Position numbers and translations under genes: made by a program
Source: a virus
Reading direction: 5' to 3' (one strand)
DNA length: 64,000 nt
Virus record (IMG/VR): IMGVR_UViG_3300010224_000001
Location: 64,001-128,000 of that record
Shown: piece after piece, positions 31,731 to 41,794 of the stretch
How the letters are laid out: each line of letters starts with the position of its first letter
How positions within the stretch are numbered: the first letter of the stretch is position 1
Notes under the pieces: model-generated
Databases searched by the model: none
Seen by the model: only the letters and a program-made list of their open reading frames with translations
Told to the model about the DNA's origin: nothing

Positions 31731-33707
31731 ATGGCAGCTGATTTAACTAAACGGGATGGGGAATGGGTGCGTCGTTCCTTCCTAGTTCGTAAATCTGATT
31801 TAGCACCGAATGATTACAAAAACCGTATCTTTACCACCGCAAGTTTAAAGTACACTGATACCACACCTGGCGGTAGCCAATGTATCAATCCGCCTCCTCA
31901 ATTCACCCGTCATGCGGACATTCGAGTTAAGGGTGTGTTCTCCAGTAGTAGTGCCGGTTTAGGTCGTTATTACAGTGAAGCGATTGAAGATAATTCTCAA
32001 GTGATTCACATGCGTTTTGGTGTCGAGCAGTATAACACCATGACCCAGTTCTTTACTGGTTTCTACAATAGCACAGCTGGTCAGTTAGCGCGTACTGGTC
32101 GTGCTAGCGATGCATTCTACTACATGGGTAAAGCTGCAGGTTATGTGGTTCAGTTAGCCTCATGGAAGCTGTTAGCGGTGCACTTTTTAGGCGCTGCAAT
32201 TAACTTCTTTGCGGCAAAACCATCGTCTAAGTTTTATTATCTAAAACCGACGATGCCGTTGTACTGGAATGCCGTGCAAACCATGATGAACCACTTGGCT
32301 GTGAATCGCGGTATTGTTCCCCGTGTATTTAACAATACCAATCCCGACACCATTAAGATGTTGGATCAGTATCAGTTTGATGCCGAAGGTATTTCGACGT
32401 TACACAGCAAGATGCCAAATATCTTTAATGAGAATGGCACTATTGATGTTTATGCGATAGCGAATCGTGCTAAACGACTTGAGCGTAAACGCATGAAGAA
32501 GCTTGACGAAGTCTTCAAAGCAGCCGATTCAATGGATGTAAAGAACTTAAGAGATTATATCCGACAGATTTATACTTCACCACTAACAGATAACACGCCA
32601 GGTACAATGGGGGATTACCTTGACAAGTGGTTACAGACCGATCAATCGAAGTCGAAATCTAGCAACAACGAATCCAGTAACACGACTGAGAATCTCGACA
32701 GTAACAAGAGTAATCTCAATAAGTTCTCTGAATTCTTAGAAGCAGAGATGGACGATGGTTCCCAGTTCGCTTCATTCCGCGTCAACGCTACTGGCCCTAT
32801 TCATAGTTCGTTTAGTAATACTGCGGGTCCTTCTGAATTGGTTGAGAAACTCAACGGTATCTCGAGTCAGGCGCGTAGTGCTAACTTTAGTTTTGCCAAT
32901 GGTAATTTAATTGGCGGAGCAGTCGGTGCGATTGCTGGTAAGGCAATTGATGCTGTTAAGAGTTTTACGATGGGGGTGCTTGATTCGGTTGAGTTAACTG
33001 GTTTGGCGACGTTAGCAGGTGCGGCTTTTGTGGATATCCCAGATACCTACAAGAATTCGATTGCTAGTCTACCGTCAATGAGTTACACCATTGATTTGAT
33101 CTCAGCTTACGGTAATCCGATTTCACAATCCATCAATCTGGATCTACCGCTGTGCATGCTGTTAGCCGGTGCATTACCGAAGTCGACTGGTAAACAATCC
33201 TACACAGGTCCGTTCCTGGTTGAGCTGTATGATCAAGGTCGTTGCCAGACTCGTCTGGGTATGATTGACTCGTTATCGATCACACGTGGTACAGGCAACA
33301 TTGGCTTTACGCAGGATGGTAAAGCTCTTGGTATCCAAGTGACCTTCACCGTGAAAGATATGTCAAATATCTTACACATGCCGATTGTGGAAAACTTTAG
33401 TTTAGCTGACGCGGCAATTCAAGGTGCAGCTTCGTTAACTAACAGTGATACGATCCGTGCCGCAGCTGCTGGTTTGACGGGTGGCGCCTTTGACGAAGAC
33501 ACGGTCTATTCCGATTACTTGGCCACCTTAGCAGGCATGTCGTTATCGGACCAAATCTATTCGTTCAGAAAGCTCAAACTTAACTTAACGAAGAAGATGG
33601 TGGCTTTCGATAGCTGGCGCAGCGTATCACACATGGCAAGCTTTGCAGGTGATACCTTCCCCATGAAGTTAGTCAGTGCATTCTACCGCGGTACGGACAA
33701 AGATTAA
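31731..33707 (+). CDS. Tail/baseplate protein (phiKZ gp182-like)
   Basis: 658 aa after gp181; DTTPGG..INPPPQFTRHAD and GRYYSE motifs. Confidence 0.7.
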   Translation: MAADLTKRDGEWVRRSFLVRKSDLAPNDYKNRIFTTASLKYTDTTPGGSQCINPPPQFTRHADIRVKGVFSSSSAGLGRYYSEAIEDNSQVIHMRFGVEQYNTMTQFFTGFYNSTAGQLARTGRASDAFYYMGKAAGYVVQLASWKLLAVHFLGAAINFFAAKPSSKFYYLKPTMPLYWNAVQTMMNHLAVNRGIVPRVFNNTNPDTIKMLDQYQFDAEGISTLHSKMPNIFNENGTIDVYAIANRAKRLERKRMKKLDEVFKAADSMDVKNLRDYIRQIYTSPLTDNTPGTMGDYLDKWLQTDQSKSKSSNNESSNTTENLDSNKSNLNKFSEFLEAEMDDGSQFASFRVNATGPIHSSFSNTAGPSELVEKLNGISSQARSANFSFANGNLIGGAVGAIAGKAIDAVKSFTMGVLDSVELTGLATLAGAAFVDIPDTYKNSIASLPSMSYTIDLISAYGNPISQSINLDLPLCMLLAGALPKSTGKQSYTGPFLVELYDQGRCQTRLGMIDSLSITRGTGNIGFTQDGKALGIQVTFTVKDMSNILHMPIVENFSLADAAIQGAASLTNSDTIRAAAAGLTGGAFDEDTVYSDYLATLAGMSLSDQIYSFRKLKLNLTKKMVAFDSWRSVSHMASFAGDTFPMKLVSAFYRGTDKD

Positions 33708-33712
33708 AGAGA

Positions 33713-33759
33713 CGTCATAAGGCCAGCTACCCCTTTCGGGATAGCTGGCTGTTATGATG
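33713..33759. terminator. Bidirectional hairpin flanked by CGTCATAA / TTATGATG
   Basis: GCCAGCTA...TTCG...TAGCTGGC between convergent genes. Confidence 0.7.
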
Positions 33760-33793
33760 TTTATTCAACGCCAATGACATCTAAGAAGTGTTC

Positions 33794-34999
33794 TTACATT
33801 CTTACTTCATTTGGTACTGTTTGACTCGTTACTGAAGTCGCAGCATACGGGAAGGTTCGCTTCAGTACCAATTCAGGTGATTCCGATGGAAATGCATTTG
33901 CCAACGCATAGTACTTCTCATCCGGCACCGTTGAATTCAATGCACCGGTTTCCATAGTCGCTAAGAAATCAGGACTACCGTTTTGAATCGTAGTGATATC
34001 AATCACACGATCCGTTACCGTAGCACCTGGTGTTGGATTTCCAATGTCTGGAATCTCCCTTACCTTAGCTGCCCAGTCAGGATCAATTTCTTGATACGAG
34101 TCACGAATCAATGCGTACTCGTTGACCATATTGTCCGCAGTTGCATTCGATGGTTTCTTGTAATTCGAGGCAGTATTCTTTAGCACGCTACTACCCAGCG
34201 AAGTCAAGACTTTCACACCAGCGGTTGTACCAATGTCTTTTAAAGCAGCCACACTACCTGTGCTCATCGCTGCTCTGACAGCATTGTTCGCAGCCGCAAT
34301 GATAATGTCTTTATTAGCACCGGCTAACACAGATGTTGCGCTAAATGCATTCGGCACACCATTTCGGATAGCCGCACTCGACACACCACCAATCAAATTT
34401 GTGGTTGCGTCTTTATCCACAACTGTTGAATTCGTATTGCTGATCGAATTAATCAGACTAGATAAAGCTAAGCTGGTATTGATGTTGTTAGGACTGATGC
34501 GAGATTGTACACCATTCACGCCCGTAATGTACGAACCTAACTGATTGGGAACGTTTTGATTTAAAACGCCATTCACGCCAGGTACTTGCCTTAACACGTT
34601 ACCAAGGTTACCAGCTAATGCTGGAGGTAAACCAGGAATGCCAGTTAACCCACCCCCAGAATTTAAACGTGACAGCACACTTGGACCGGCTACTTGGGTA
34701 GCAATCTTTACCGCACCCTTCAAGCCACCAATTGCATCAAAGCCTGTCTTTAAAAACTTAGTACCTTTTTCTAATAGACCACCACCATCAGCAGGTACGA
34801 CTGATTTTGCTAAACCACCGCGTAAGTCGTCTGCAATCGTTTTATCTGCCGATGAGAAGTCAGCTGTGGTGTTTAAGTCTACTGATGGAAAACTATTGAT
34901 GACATTATCACTCTGCTCGGTATATACGTCTGCAGTGATCAGCTTCTCATCAGGGCCAGCTGAGAATGTCGTGGGTGATAGAGACCGATCGACTAACAT
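33794..34999 (-). CDS. Probable virion protein (Gly/Ala/Asn/Ser-rich)
   Basis: 401 aa, AAGGA RBS, convergent with the gp182-like gene. Confidence 0.55.
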   Translation of the reverse strand: MLVDRSLSPTTFSAGPDEKLITADVYTEQSDNVINSFPSVDLNTTADFSSADKTIADDLRGGLAKSVVPADGGGLLEKGTKFLKTGFDAIGGLKGAVKIATQVAGPSVLSRLNSGGGLTGIPGLPPALAGNLGNVLRQVPGVNGVLNQNVPNQLGSYITGVNGVQSRISPNNINTSLALSSLINSISNTNSTVVDKDATTNLIGGVSSAAIRNGVPNAFSATSVLAGANKDIIIAAANNAVRAAMSTGSVAALKDIGTTAGVKVLTSLGSSVLKNTASNYKKPSNATADNMVNEYALIRDSYQEIDPDWAAKVREIPDIGNPTPGATVTDRVIDITTIQNGSPDFLATMETGALNSTVPDEKYYALANAFPSESPELVLKRTFPYAATSVTSQTVPNEVRM

Positions 35000-35016
35000 G
35001 AGATGTCCTTTTCAGC

Positions 35017-35048
35017 AAAAAAAAAGAGTGACCCGAAGGCCACTCTTT
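35017..35048 (-). terminator. Classical intrinsic terminator (UUCG loop, U-tract)
   Basis: Minus strand AAAGAGTGGCC-TTCG-GGTCACTCTTTTTTTTT. Confidence 0.75.
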
Positions 35049-35055
35049 ACGGCAA

Positions 35056-35616
35056 TCACTTGCCGTGTTTACGTAATTCAGCGTAGTCGTACTTGAATGG
35101 TTCCAGTTGTTTATTACCGCGGAAGACTTCACGCAACTCAGTGAAGATTTCAATCAACCATTCCGAACCATCTGGCATAGTTACCACTTTACCAGGTCCA
35201 TACACGAAGTAATGGTCAAACGGTAAAGTCGATTCGATTAAGGCTTTCTTGATATCTTCGTTCTGATCAATCTTTGCGAAGTTAGCATGAAGCAGTACAT
35301 CTTTCAGATGTGGGACTTTGCATTTCTCGTAAGTACCGTCCTGCTCGCCACGTTTAGCGCGCTCCTTTGCACGATAGCCATTCAAGTTACGAAAACGATC
35401 GTCTTTGCAACCGCCACGGATGTAATACCAAAAGCCTCTAATACATTTGAAGCGGCCAAAGTACGGGTGTATAAAAGGCGCTTCGTAGTAGTCGGACAGC
35501 ATACGACCTAAAGGGTGTGCGCCCTTAGTGTGCGTGTTGATGTGCGTGATGCCGTCTTGTTTCCAGTAAGGCTGATCTTCCGTGGGCTCAGTCACTTGCG
35601 TCTGGTGTTGGTTCAT
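35056..35616 (-). CDS. NADAR / T4 gp30.3-like protein (divergent)
   Basis: LSDYYEAPF...FGRFKCIRGFW and K..QNEDIKKALIES resemble the NADAR LSNF..PF...F..E and K..QN..L...L..T motifs. Confidence 0.45.
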   Translation of the reverse strand: MNQHQTQVTEPTEDQPYWKQDGITHINTHTKGAHPLGRMLSDYYEAPFIHPYFGRFKCIRGFWYYIRGGCKDDRFRNLNGYRAKERAKRGEQDGTYEKCKVPHLKDVLLHANFAKIDQNEDIKKALIESTLPFDHYFVYGPGKVVTMPDGSEWLIEIFTELREVFRGNKQLEPFKYDYAELRKHGK

Positions 35617-35649
35617 AGCTCTAAGCCTTTAATTACTATCATTGCACAC

Positions 35650-36144
35650 TTATTGGTCTTCTTTGCGCTCGTGCTCGTAATCGAGATAAGGCACGTGCGG
35701 GGAATCCTCAGGAGGAGGAAGTGTGCCGTCATCTTCAAAATCATCCAGGGACGGATCATGCATTTCCAGGTTCACTTCGACCGAGTGGCTCGTGATGCGA
35801 CCATTGGCGCGTCGCGCTTCAATTGTCAGCTTAAAACCACGAACTTGCAAGAAGCGCATGGCTTTGCAAAACACCTTCCAGGTCATCGTGCCTTTCTGAA
35901 ACTCTTTGTTCAGATTGCCGCGATTACTGGTTTGATCACGTTTGTTTTCAGGAATCTTGTTTTGGGGGTCGTTCAAGAACTTAGCCATCAGCATGTTAAA
36001 TTGATAGCCGCCGATATCTAAGTCTTTTAGCATAGTGCGAAACAGGCGTGACAACATGCCTACTGCGCCGAACGTATGATGGATGCCTTTGTTAGGATCG
36101 TCCAACATTTTGCTAAGTGGATTGGTCTTGCGTTTAGCAGTCAT
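35650..36144 (-). CDS. Hypothetical protein (start probably MTAKRK)
   Basis: GAGG RBS upstream of 36144; RGNLNKE...MTWKVF motif. Confidence 0.6.
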   Translation of the reverse strand: MTAKRKTNPLSKMLDDPNKGIHHTFGAVGMLSRLFRTMLKDLDIGGYQFNMLMAKFLNDPQNKIPENKRDQTSNRGNLNKEFQKGTMTWKVFCKAMRFLQVRGFKLTIEARRANGRITSHSVEVNLEMHDPSLDDFEDDGTLPPPEDSPHVPYLDYEHERKEDQ

Positions 36145-36214
36145 AATTAAAATACCTCGAAGAGAGGCTTTCAAATGGGGGTAATTGGAATTACCTGGAA
36201 AATGCTGAGTAAAC

Positions 36215-36733
36215 TCAGCTGGAAAGTTCCTTGATCTCCATTAAGGTTAATGTCACAACTTTAATGTTGTCGAGCAAAGGGGTTAAAAGACGCAGGTTGT
36301 AATTTCCTAGTGCGTTAGAGAAATCTTTGCAAGCGCGTACCTGCAAGCAAAGTCGGCTGATCGCATCACGAAATGCTAGCACATTATCGTGTACGTTTTC
36401 ATAATACCCATCTGGGCTTAAGAAGAATCGATTGACCGGCATCGTTAAAGTCTGATGATGGCAACGCGATTCTAAGATTGGTTGATGACTGCGCATCGAT
36501 TCAATGTGCAATTCCAACAGATTAATGTAGTCATGAAAACTGGGATAGAATGTTTCTATCACCATCCCTTGACCCATTTGTTGGGTATATTGCATGAACC
36601 AATTCACATCCACAATATCTACGAGTGTCTCAACTTGTTCAAGTAAAGGTCTCTCCTTTTCTTCCTCAACGGTGGGTGACGGAGAAAACAATGAAAGCCA
36701 AGTTTTGGATAACCTTTCTTTCCAATTCTTCAC
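36215..36733 (-). CDS. Hypothetical protein
   Basis: 172 aa, AAGGAG RBS, GTG start. Confidence 0.6.
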   Translation of the reverse strand: MKNWKERLSKTWLSLFSPSPTVEEEKERPLLEQVETLVDIVDVNWFMQYTQQMGQGMVIETFYPSFHDYINLLELHIESMRSHQPILESRCHHQTLTMPVNRFFLSPDGYYENVHDNVLAFRDAISRLCLQVRACKDFSNALGNYNLRLLTPLLDNIKVVTLTLMEIKELSS

Positions 36734-36777
36734 TGCTACTCCTTATTTAAAAGACTACTTCTTCCACGTCTCATTTT

Positions 36778-36795
36778 AATGATATGTGTTTAAAA
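36778..36795 (-). promoter_or_regulatory. Candidate phage promoter TTTTAAACACATATCATT
   Basis: Similar to 15421-15441; lies in a divergent intergenic region. Confidence 0.4.
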
Positions 36796-36830
36796 GAAAC
36801 TAGAGGTCATGCCTCTAGAGCCAATATTTC

Positions 36831-37283
36831 ATGCAAGAGAAGGTGACTGCTATGTCAACAGAAACTAAATCATCCAATCTTGATTTGGATGTCACACTGG
36901 ATTATACCCATAATAAACGGCTCGAGTTAGTTGAAGCACTCGCTCCGAACATTGCCAAAGACGATCCAAAAGTTATTGGCCACTACTTAAAAGCCCTGGG
37001 TGATATGGACAAGGCTGCCATGGGTAAACGCCGTCTGGGCATTGAAGAAGCTGCTCAGGAAAGTAACGAAGCCGAAGCCCGTGCTTCTGCCGAATTGCTG
37101 CGTGCAATGAAACGCGATATGTTTGCATTACCGGTCGGTGAAGCCCCGCCTCGTGCTGCGCCAACTCTGAGTACCGATATTCCGATTCCGGAACTCGTCC
37201 CAGGTGAAACCGAGATCGGTGTGGAAGCCATGACGTACGACGGCTTCAAAAAGAAAATGCAAGAAAATCACGAAGACTCATAA
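36831..37283 (+). CDS. Hypothetical protein (start may be 36852)
   Basis: 150-aa ORF ending in a PGE..IG motif, followed by a hairpin. Confidence 0.6.
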   Translation: MQEKVTAMSTETKSSNLDLDVTLDYTHNKRLELVEALAPNIAKDDPKVIGHYLKALGDMDKAAMGKRRLGIEEAAQESNEAEARASAELLRAMKRDMFALPVGEAPPRAAPTLSTDIPIPELVPGETEIGVEAMTYDGFKKKMQENHEDS

Positions 37284-37298
37284 TCCATTATTATTACC

Positions 37299-37346
37299 TA
37301 CTCCTATCTGCCTACATTAGCAGATAGGAGTAGACTTGTTATGGCG
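37299..37346. terminator. Hairpin between convergent genes plus TTATGGCG
   Basis: TACTCCTATCTG...CAGATAGGAGTA. Confidence 0.65.
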
Positions 37347-37356
37347 GTCGTTATGA

Positions 37357-38100
37357 TTAGTTTTGGTCAGTTATAATGCTGAAAGTTTCAACCTGAAGTA
37401 AATCGAGTTTGATGAAGCCGGATGCGCGAGCCTCAATTGCTAAAAAGGGGTGATTAAAATCACGGAATGCTTGTTTCAGTTGTTCTTCGGTTGGCGTTTC
37501 AACAGTATAAAGTGCAGGGGCGTATAACGTGATGCCCGGTATCGGGCATTTCATGAAGCCGTCCACATGCATGCCAAACCAATCGTCGTATTCGTACATC
37601 AACATTGCAGAGAAATTTTCTGAGCAATACGATGGAGTGAGTTCCTGTTTGGAGATACAGATGGTTTCCGTTACGTGGACAAGGTCCAATTCGGAATAAT
37701 CACCTATCCAAGTGGTAATCGACTCCTTGAGCGCTGAAATCTCTTCTGGCGTCAGTGAGTACGGATGCGTGTTAATAACGAGTCGTGTGCCATTATGGTA
37801 GGGCCTGGTAATAGCTTGCTTCGTCAGTTCGCCGATAATCTCCTTAAGTAGGGGCACCGCATTGGTGATCCATGCACGGTGGAGCGTCTCGATGTCACGA
37901 GCTTCATACAAGCGTTTATAGGCAGCCATATCAACACCTACAAAGTCATCATTTAAACGCGAATGATAACCCGCCGATAACACTGCTACTGCTATGTCGT
38001 CTCCCATCAGTCGGGCGACGGTGGCAATTCTGGTGTCGTAGAGTACGTCAAGATCGACGTACACTCCTGTTGGTTTTAGAGCAGATTCACTACTACTCAT
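37357..38100 (-). CDS. Conserved protein with a HAD-like N-terminal motif
   Basis: VYVDLDVLYDT resembles HAD motif I (hhhDxD); other motifs not confirmed. Confidence 0.5.
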   Translation of the reverse strand: MSSSESALKPTGVYVDLDVLYDTRIATVARLMGDDIAVAVLSAGYHSRLNDDFVGVDMAAYKRLYEARDIETLHRAWITNAVPLLKEIIGELTKQAITRPYHNGTRLVINTHPYSLTPEEISALKESITTWIGDYSELDLVHVTETICISKQELTPSYCSENFSAMLMYEYDDWFGMHVDGFMKCPIPGITLYAPALYTVETPTEEQLKQAFRDFNHPFLAIEARASGFIKLDLLQVETFSIITDQN

Positions 38101-38131
38101 GGTGTCTTTTCAGTTCTTGTTAGTATTGGAA

Positions 38132-38707
38132 TTACTTCTTTGTTGGTTTATTTCGATCAGCAAGCTTGTCCAGAATGTCAATGTTCAAGTATTGCTGAAA
38201 CAGTAACAAGCAAATAATCCATGGATTCGACTTCACGATTTTAACTACGTCGCTATAAGTCGCCAAGCTTTGTCTGACATCTGTCGGAATAAAGCAATAA
38301 TCCTCTTGCCTATTACTGGTGTTACCCATACCTTGGGGTTGTACAACGAGATTCGCATCTGTTGAAATTGCGCGCGCTAAGTCCTCAGCCAAAGCGTTTA
38401 CAACCTGACTACCGCGGCCTTGCACCCAACGACCAAGAAAGACAGCTTGGAAGGTAAGAATAAAGTCACGGAGCAGATCCGAATCAAAGACCACGTTTAC
38501 TAAACCAGGCAATTCATCCGGTGTGAAACGTGAGTAGAGGTTGAAGTTACTGATGAGATTGCTTAAGAAAACCATCACTTCAGCCTCTTTCCCATCCTCA
38601 TTGGACAAGTTACTGTAAACATGCATAAAGGATTGAGTGAATACTTCCTTTAGCTGTTCCTCTGAGTATACGGGTAAAACAGTTTGTTGCAGGTTATCCA
38701 TGGACAC
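38132..38707 (-). CDS. Conserved hypothetical / virion protein
   Basis: 191-aa ORF directly downstream of vRNAP beta-C. Confidence 0.55.
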   Translation of the reverse strand: MSMDNLQQTVLPVYSEEQLKEVFTQSFMHVYSNLSNEDGKEAEVMVFLSNLISNFNLYSRFTPDELPGLVNVVFDSDLLRDFILTFQAVFLGRWVQGRGSQVVNALAEDLARAISTDANLVVQPQGMGNTSNRQEDYCFIPTDVRQSLATYSDVVKIVKSNPWIICLLLFQQYLNIDILDKLADRNKPTKK

Positions 38708-38719
38708 TTTCTCGTTATA

Positions 38720-39391
38720 TCAAGTCAGGGTGTTATCTAAGTGCATGCAGCGCAAGAAGGTCGCTAACGTCCGAGTGGATTCTACTTGACCAGTTAAGTG
38801 ATCAATTGCTTTCGTCGAGACAGCGCCATGTTTATCAATAGCGTCATTCATCGCATCGAATGCTTTGGTGTCACCACCACGGAACTTTAACTTCTCCGTA
38901 AGACTCTCAGGCAAATTCAATGCTGCCAGAATCTGCACTTCCGGATAAGAAATCTTACTACCTTTAGACGCACCCGAAGGCTGGCCGGTAAGTTCGTCGA
39001 TTGAACGATTATTATTCGGAATACGAATCTTCTTCTCCAAGTGCTGAGCCTGACGGCGTAACTGCAAATCAAGCACGAGGTATTTCTTAGGCGTCAAATA
39101 AGTCGGTAAGTCCTTACCAGGCGACATCCAAATGCGCTGGAAGAATTCATGACCCAATTCTTTACCCAATTGAAGATTTCTTTCAATCGAGATCTTAGCT
39201 TTATTCATGTTCGGAATAATAATCGCTAAGCGTTTACGATCGCTCCCAATGTCTTCAATGAACGATTCAAATTCTGCCTCATTCATTGCTGCAAACATAT
39301 CACGATAAATCTGTGGTGTTTGTCCACCAGGAGCAATCTTCTCGATGTATTCCAAAATAACAGCTTCTGCAGCAGCTCTATTACCAGCCAT
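38720..39391 (-). CDS. rpoB: Virion RNA polymerase beta subunit, C-terminal part (phiKZ gp149-like)
   Basis: RSIDELTGQPSGASKGSKISYPE matches the RpoB C-terminal RS..Y...TQQP..GK....GQRFGEME region; RGGD motif. Confidence 0.85.
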   Translation of the reverse strand: MAGNRAAAEAVILEYIEKIAPGGQTPQIYRDMFAAMNEAEFESFIEDIGSDRKRLAIIIPNMNKAKISIERNLQLGKELGHEFFQRIWMSPGKDLPTYLTPKKYLVLDLQLRRQAQHLEKKIRIPNNNRSIDELTGQPSGASKGSKISYPEVQILAALNLPESLTEKLKFRGGDTKAFDAMNDAIDKHGAVSTKAIDHLTGQVESTRTLATFLRCMHLDNTLT

Positions 39392-39403
39392 AACCCACTC
39401 CGT

Positions 39404-39898
39404 CTATGATTGCTGAACTAGGATAGTCCGCACCGAAAGTTTACGCCTTCGCATGCGTGCTAACATGTCTTTGGTGCCTGAAGATGCACCATCATAGAAA
39501 GAGATACCTGCAGTCGATAACTCAGCCATCTCAGCGTTTCGAGAAAAGCCAGCTACCATGTTAAAGGGCTTACCACTTTTGGTATAACGAATCACTGCAC
39601 CAGCATGATCGATGTCGGTCCAATCAGCTGGATGTTCGGTCCATGGAAAATCATTTTCTTTACACCACTTGATGATAAAAGCGTCAGCGCCGATTTGTTG
39701 ATCGTCAGCTTTCTCCATATTTGCCATACCACTTAAGAAGATAACGTCACCCTTCTTAATGTTGTTGTCCTCTAAATATTGAAACATGTTTTCAGAGAAC
39801 AACTTGTAGTCGTCAAAATTTCGACTGCCAAACACAACAATACGGTGCTCGTAATTCTTTAGTTCATCATGGGAGGTACTGCAAATTTGATCGCGCAT
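39404..39898 (-). CDS. SLOG superfamily (YspA/DUF2493-like) protein
   Basis: IVVFGSRNF, SGMA...GAD, PADW, AG..RN..M and SSGTKDM motifs. Confidence 0.8.
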   Translation of the reverse strand: MRDQICSTSHDELKNYEHRIVVFGSRNFDDYKLFSENMFQYLEDNNIKKGDVIFLSGMANMEKADDQQIGADAFIIKWCKENDFPWTEHPADWTDIDHAGAVIRYTKSGKPFNMVAGFSRNAEMAELSTAGISFYDGASSGTKDMLARMRRRKLSVRTILVQQS

Positions 39899-40194
39899 GG
39901 GATGACGTAAAGCCGGAAGAAACGCAGATAATCAATAGGCTCGCACAATGTATCAACTAAGCACGAACGAGCCTCACGAGTTTGATCAGCATATTCCATC
40001 GGCAGACTCAAAAGAATCTGTCGCCATACACGATTGATGTGGAAACGCTGTACGTTGAGATCGCCAACATTTAAACATGCTGGAGGAATCTCACGCTTCC
40101 AACCCTCAGAATCATGATGGCCAAGTTCAACCATGATCTTCGAAATTTCATCAGCCAAGCGGGAGTAATCTAGAACTACATTATCGGTGGTCAT
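39859..40194 (-). CDS. Hypothetical protein
   Basis: 111-aa ORF in the minus-strand operon; overlaps the next gene. Confidence 0.55.
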   Translation of the reverse strand: MTTDNVVLDYSRLADEISKIMVELGHHDSEGWKREIPPACLNVGDLNVQRFHINRVWRQILLSLPMEYADQTREARSCLVDTLCEPIDYLRFFRLYVIPCAIKFAVPPMMN

Positions 40195-40249
40195 AGTAAA
40201 AAATGGAAGAAAATATTGACAAGAGTAAATATTGTTTGCGAGAAAACAA

Positions 40250-41167
40250 TTAGAAAAGATTGTTCGAACCAGCTACCAGAACAAAACGTTCTGGATCTTC
40301 TACTTCTGCTTGAGCGCGATGACAAACGCGACCGTCAGGCATTTGGAAGCTATAAGCAGGTTCACGGGTGTTTTCAAGCACACCTTTATTTGGTAGCATT
40401 ACGATGTCATATTGCTCACCAGACTTGATGTGTTTAATGGTATCACCCAATCCATACTTAATTTCAGTAACCGGCGTGGAAGGTGTTTGCAAACTGACTA
40501 AGGTAAAATTATTAGCAAGTTCACGTTTGGTAAAACTTACTATTTCGTCAGAAGCCACACCTTTGGTGATCATACGGCCATAAATGTAGAAGTTAGCATT
40601 CCTGCATTCTACTTTAAGCACATACAGTTGTTTCTTAAGCTCAGGGAACAAACGACCATTAAGAATGTCACCGCGAATCAGATATGGAGCAAAGTCTTCT
40701 AATGACGGAATATACTTCTCAGGGTTATCAACCACACTCATCAACACTTCAGCCGTGACTTGAGGTAGTGTGAACTCTTCATAGCCGCCGGGATTAAAGG
40801 CAGGAACAAATTTATAACCCGGAATCATCTTACCTTCATATTCCACCATCGGCTTATCTACAATGATGGAATAACGTTCTGTACAAACGGTGTATACCAC
40901 ATCACGAATCTTAAACTTCGCAGTATCTTCATAAGCGTGGACGTTCTGCTGGATCGGATGCGGTGGCGTGTCCGTAAAGCTCGTTTCAACGTAATTCTGA
41001 CTATACGTTTCTTCCCAATGCGGTGGGTTGTTTCGCTTAAGCTTATAACACGATACCCCATCAAACTGATGTTCGTCGGGTGTGTTCATCACAACAAAAG
41101 CGATACCTTGTGCTCCTGAATAAATCAAGCGATCTTTCGGGAACTTAAAATTAGTTTTCTGGTCCAT
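40250..41167 (-). CDS. Protein of tandem small SH3/KOW-like beta domains (last one DUF1653-like)
   Basis: Four units starting FKFPKDRLI / KFKIRDVV / YLIRGDIL / KYGLGDTI. Confidence 0.5.
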   Translation of the reverse strand: MDQKTNFKFPKDRLIYSGAQGIAFVVMNTPDEHQFDGVSCYKLKRNNPPHWEETYSQNYVETSFTDTPPHPIQQNVHAYEDTAKFKIRDVVYTVCTERYSIIVDKPMVEYEGKMIPGYKFVPAFNPGGYEEFTLPQVTAEVLMSVVDNPEKYIPSLEDFAPYLIRGDILNGRLFPELKKQLYVLKVECRNANFYIYGRMITKGVASDEIVSFTKRELANNFTLVSLQTPSTPVTEIKYGLGDTIKHIKSGEQYDIVMLPNKGVLENTREPAYSFQMPDGRVCHRAQAEVEDPERFVLVAGSNNLF

Positions 41168-41603
41168 TGAAAATGTATTCTAGAACACCACGACGATACA
41201 TGCCTTTCTCAACCCGTGTAACATTAAACTTAAACAGGTTAAAGAAAGGGCGACTATAAAGATGGAGCATTTCTTCAGCGACTGTGACCAAAGGTTTATC
41301 GTCATCTAACTCACGCAACATCTTTTCAGTGAGATGTAAACCAACCCCACGGTTCTGATATTGCGGCATCACACGGATACAGCGTAGCTTGGTTTCCTCT
41401 TCCGACTTCTTACCCAAAGCCACGCCAATGATCTGTCCGTGTTCACGTGCAACGATTAAACTATCAGAACCTGCCACAACACCTGGCATGCACTTATTAA
41501 CGTACCAATAGCTAAAGTCCGGATAATACTGCTCCAAGGACTCTAGCATTGGTTTTGCAAGCATCGCGTCAGCAAGACGCTTTGTGTTTTGATATTCGAT
41601 CAC
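41151..41603 (-). CDS. GNAT family N-acetyltransferase
   Basis: Acetyl-CoA binding motif V.PQYQNRGVG. Confidence 0.85.
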   Translation of the reverse strand: MIEYQNTKRLADAMLAKPMLESLEQYYPDFSYWYVNKCMPGVVAGSDSLIVAREHGQIIGVALGKKSEEETKLRCIRVMPQYQNRGVGLHLTEKMLRELDDDKPLVTVAEEMLHLYSRPFFNLFKFNVTRVEKGMYRRGVLEYIFNGPEN

Positions 41604-41794
41604 AGTTTAGAAAGTGGGAGAGGATACCACTGATCACAACCAGCCATCTTTGGATTGCCGTCAAAGAAGCCAGCCCAGAGTGCGCCATTCTTCCATCGCT
41701 TAACAATGAAGCCAGGTCGCACAGGTTCTACCGCAGGATCTTTCCAACCCTTCTCTGCGATATTGGTGTTAAATGTTGCGTCAACAGTATCCAT
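41600..41794 (-). CDS. Small hypothetical protein
   Basis: 64 aa, coupled by a 4-nt overlap to the GNAT gene. Confidence 0.55.
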   Translation of the reverse strand: MDTVDATFNTNIAEKGWKDPAVEPVRPGFIVKRWKNGALWAGFFDGNPKMAGCDQWYPLPLSKL

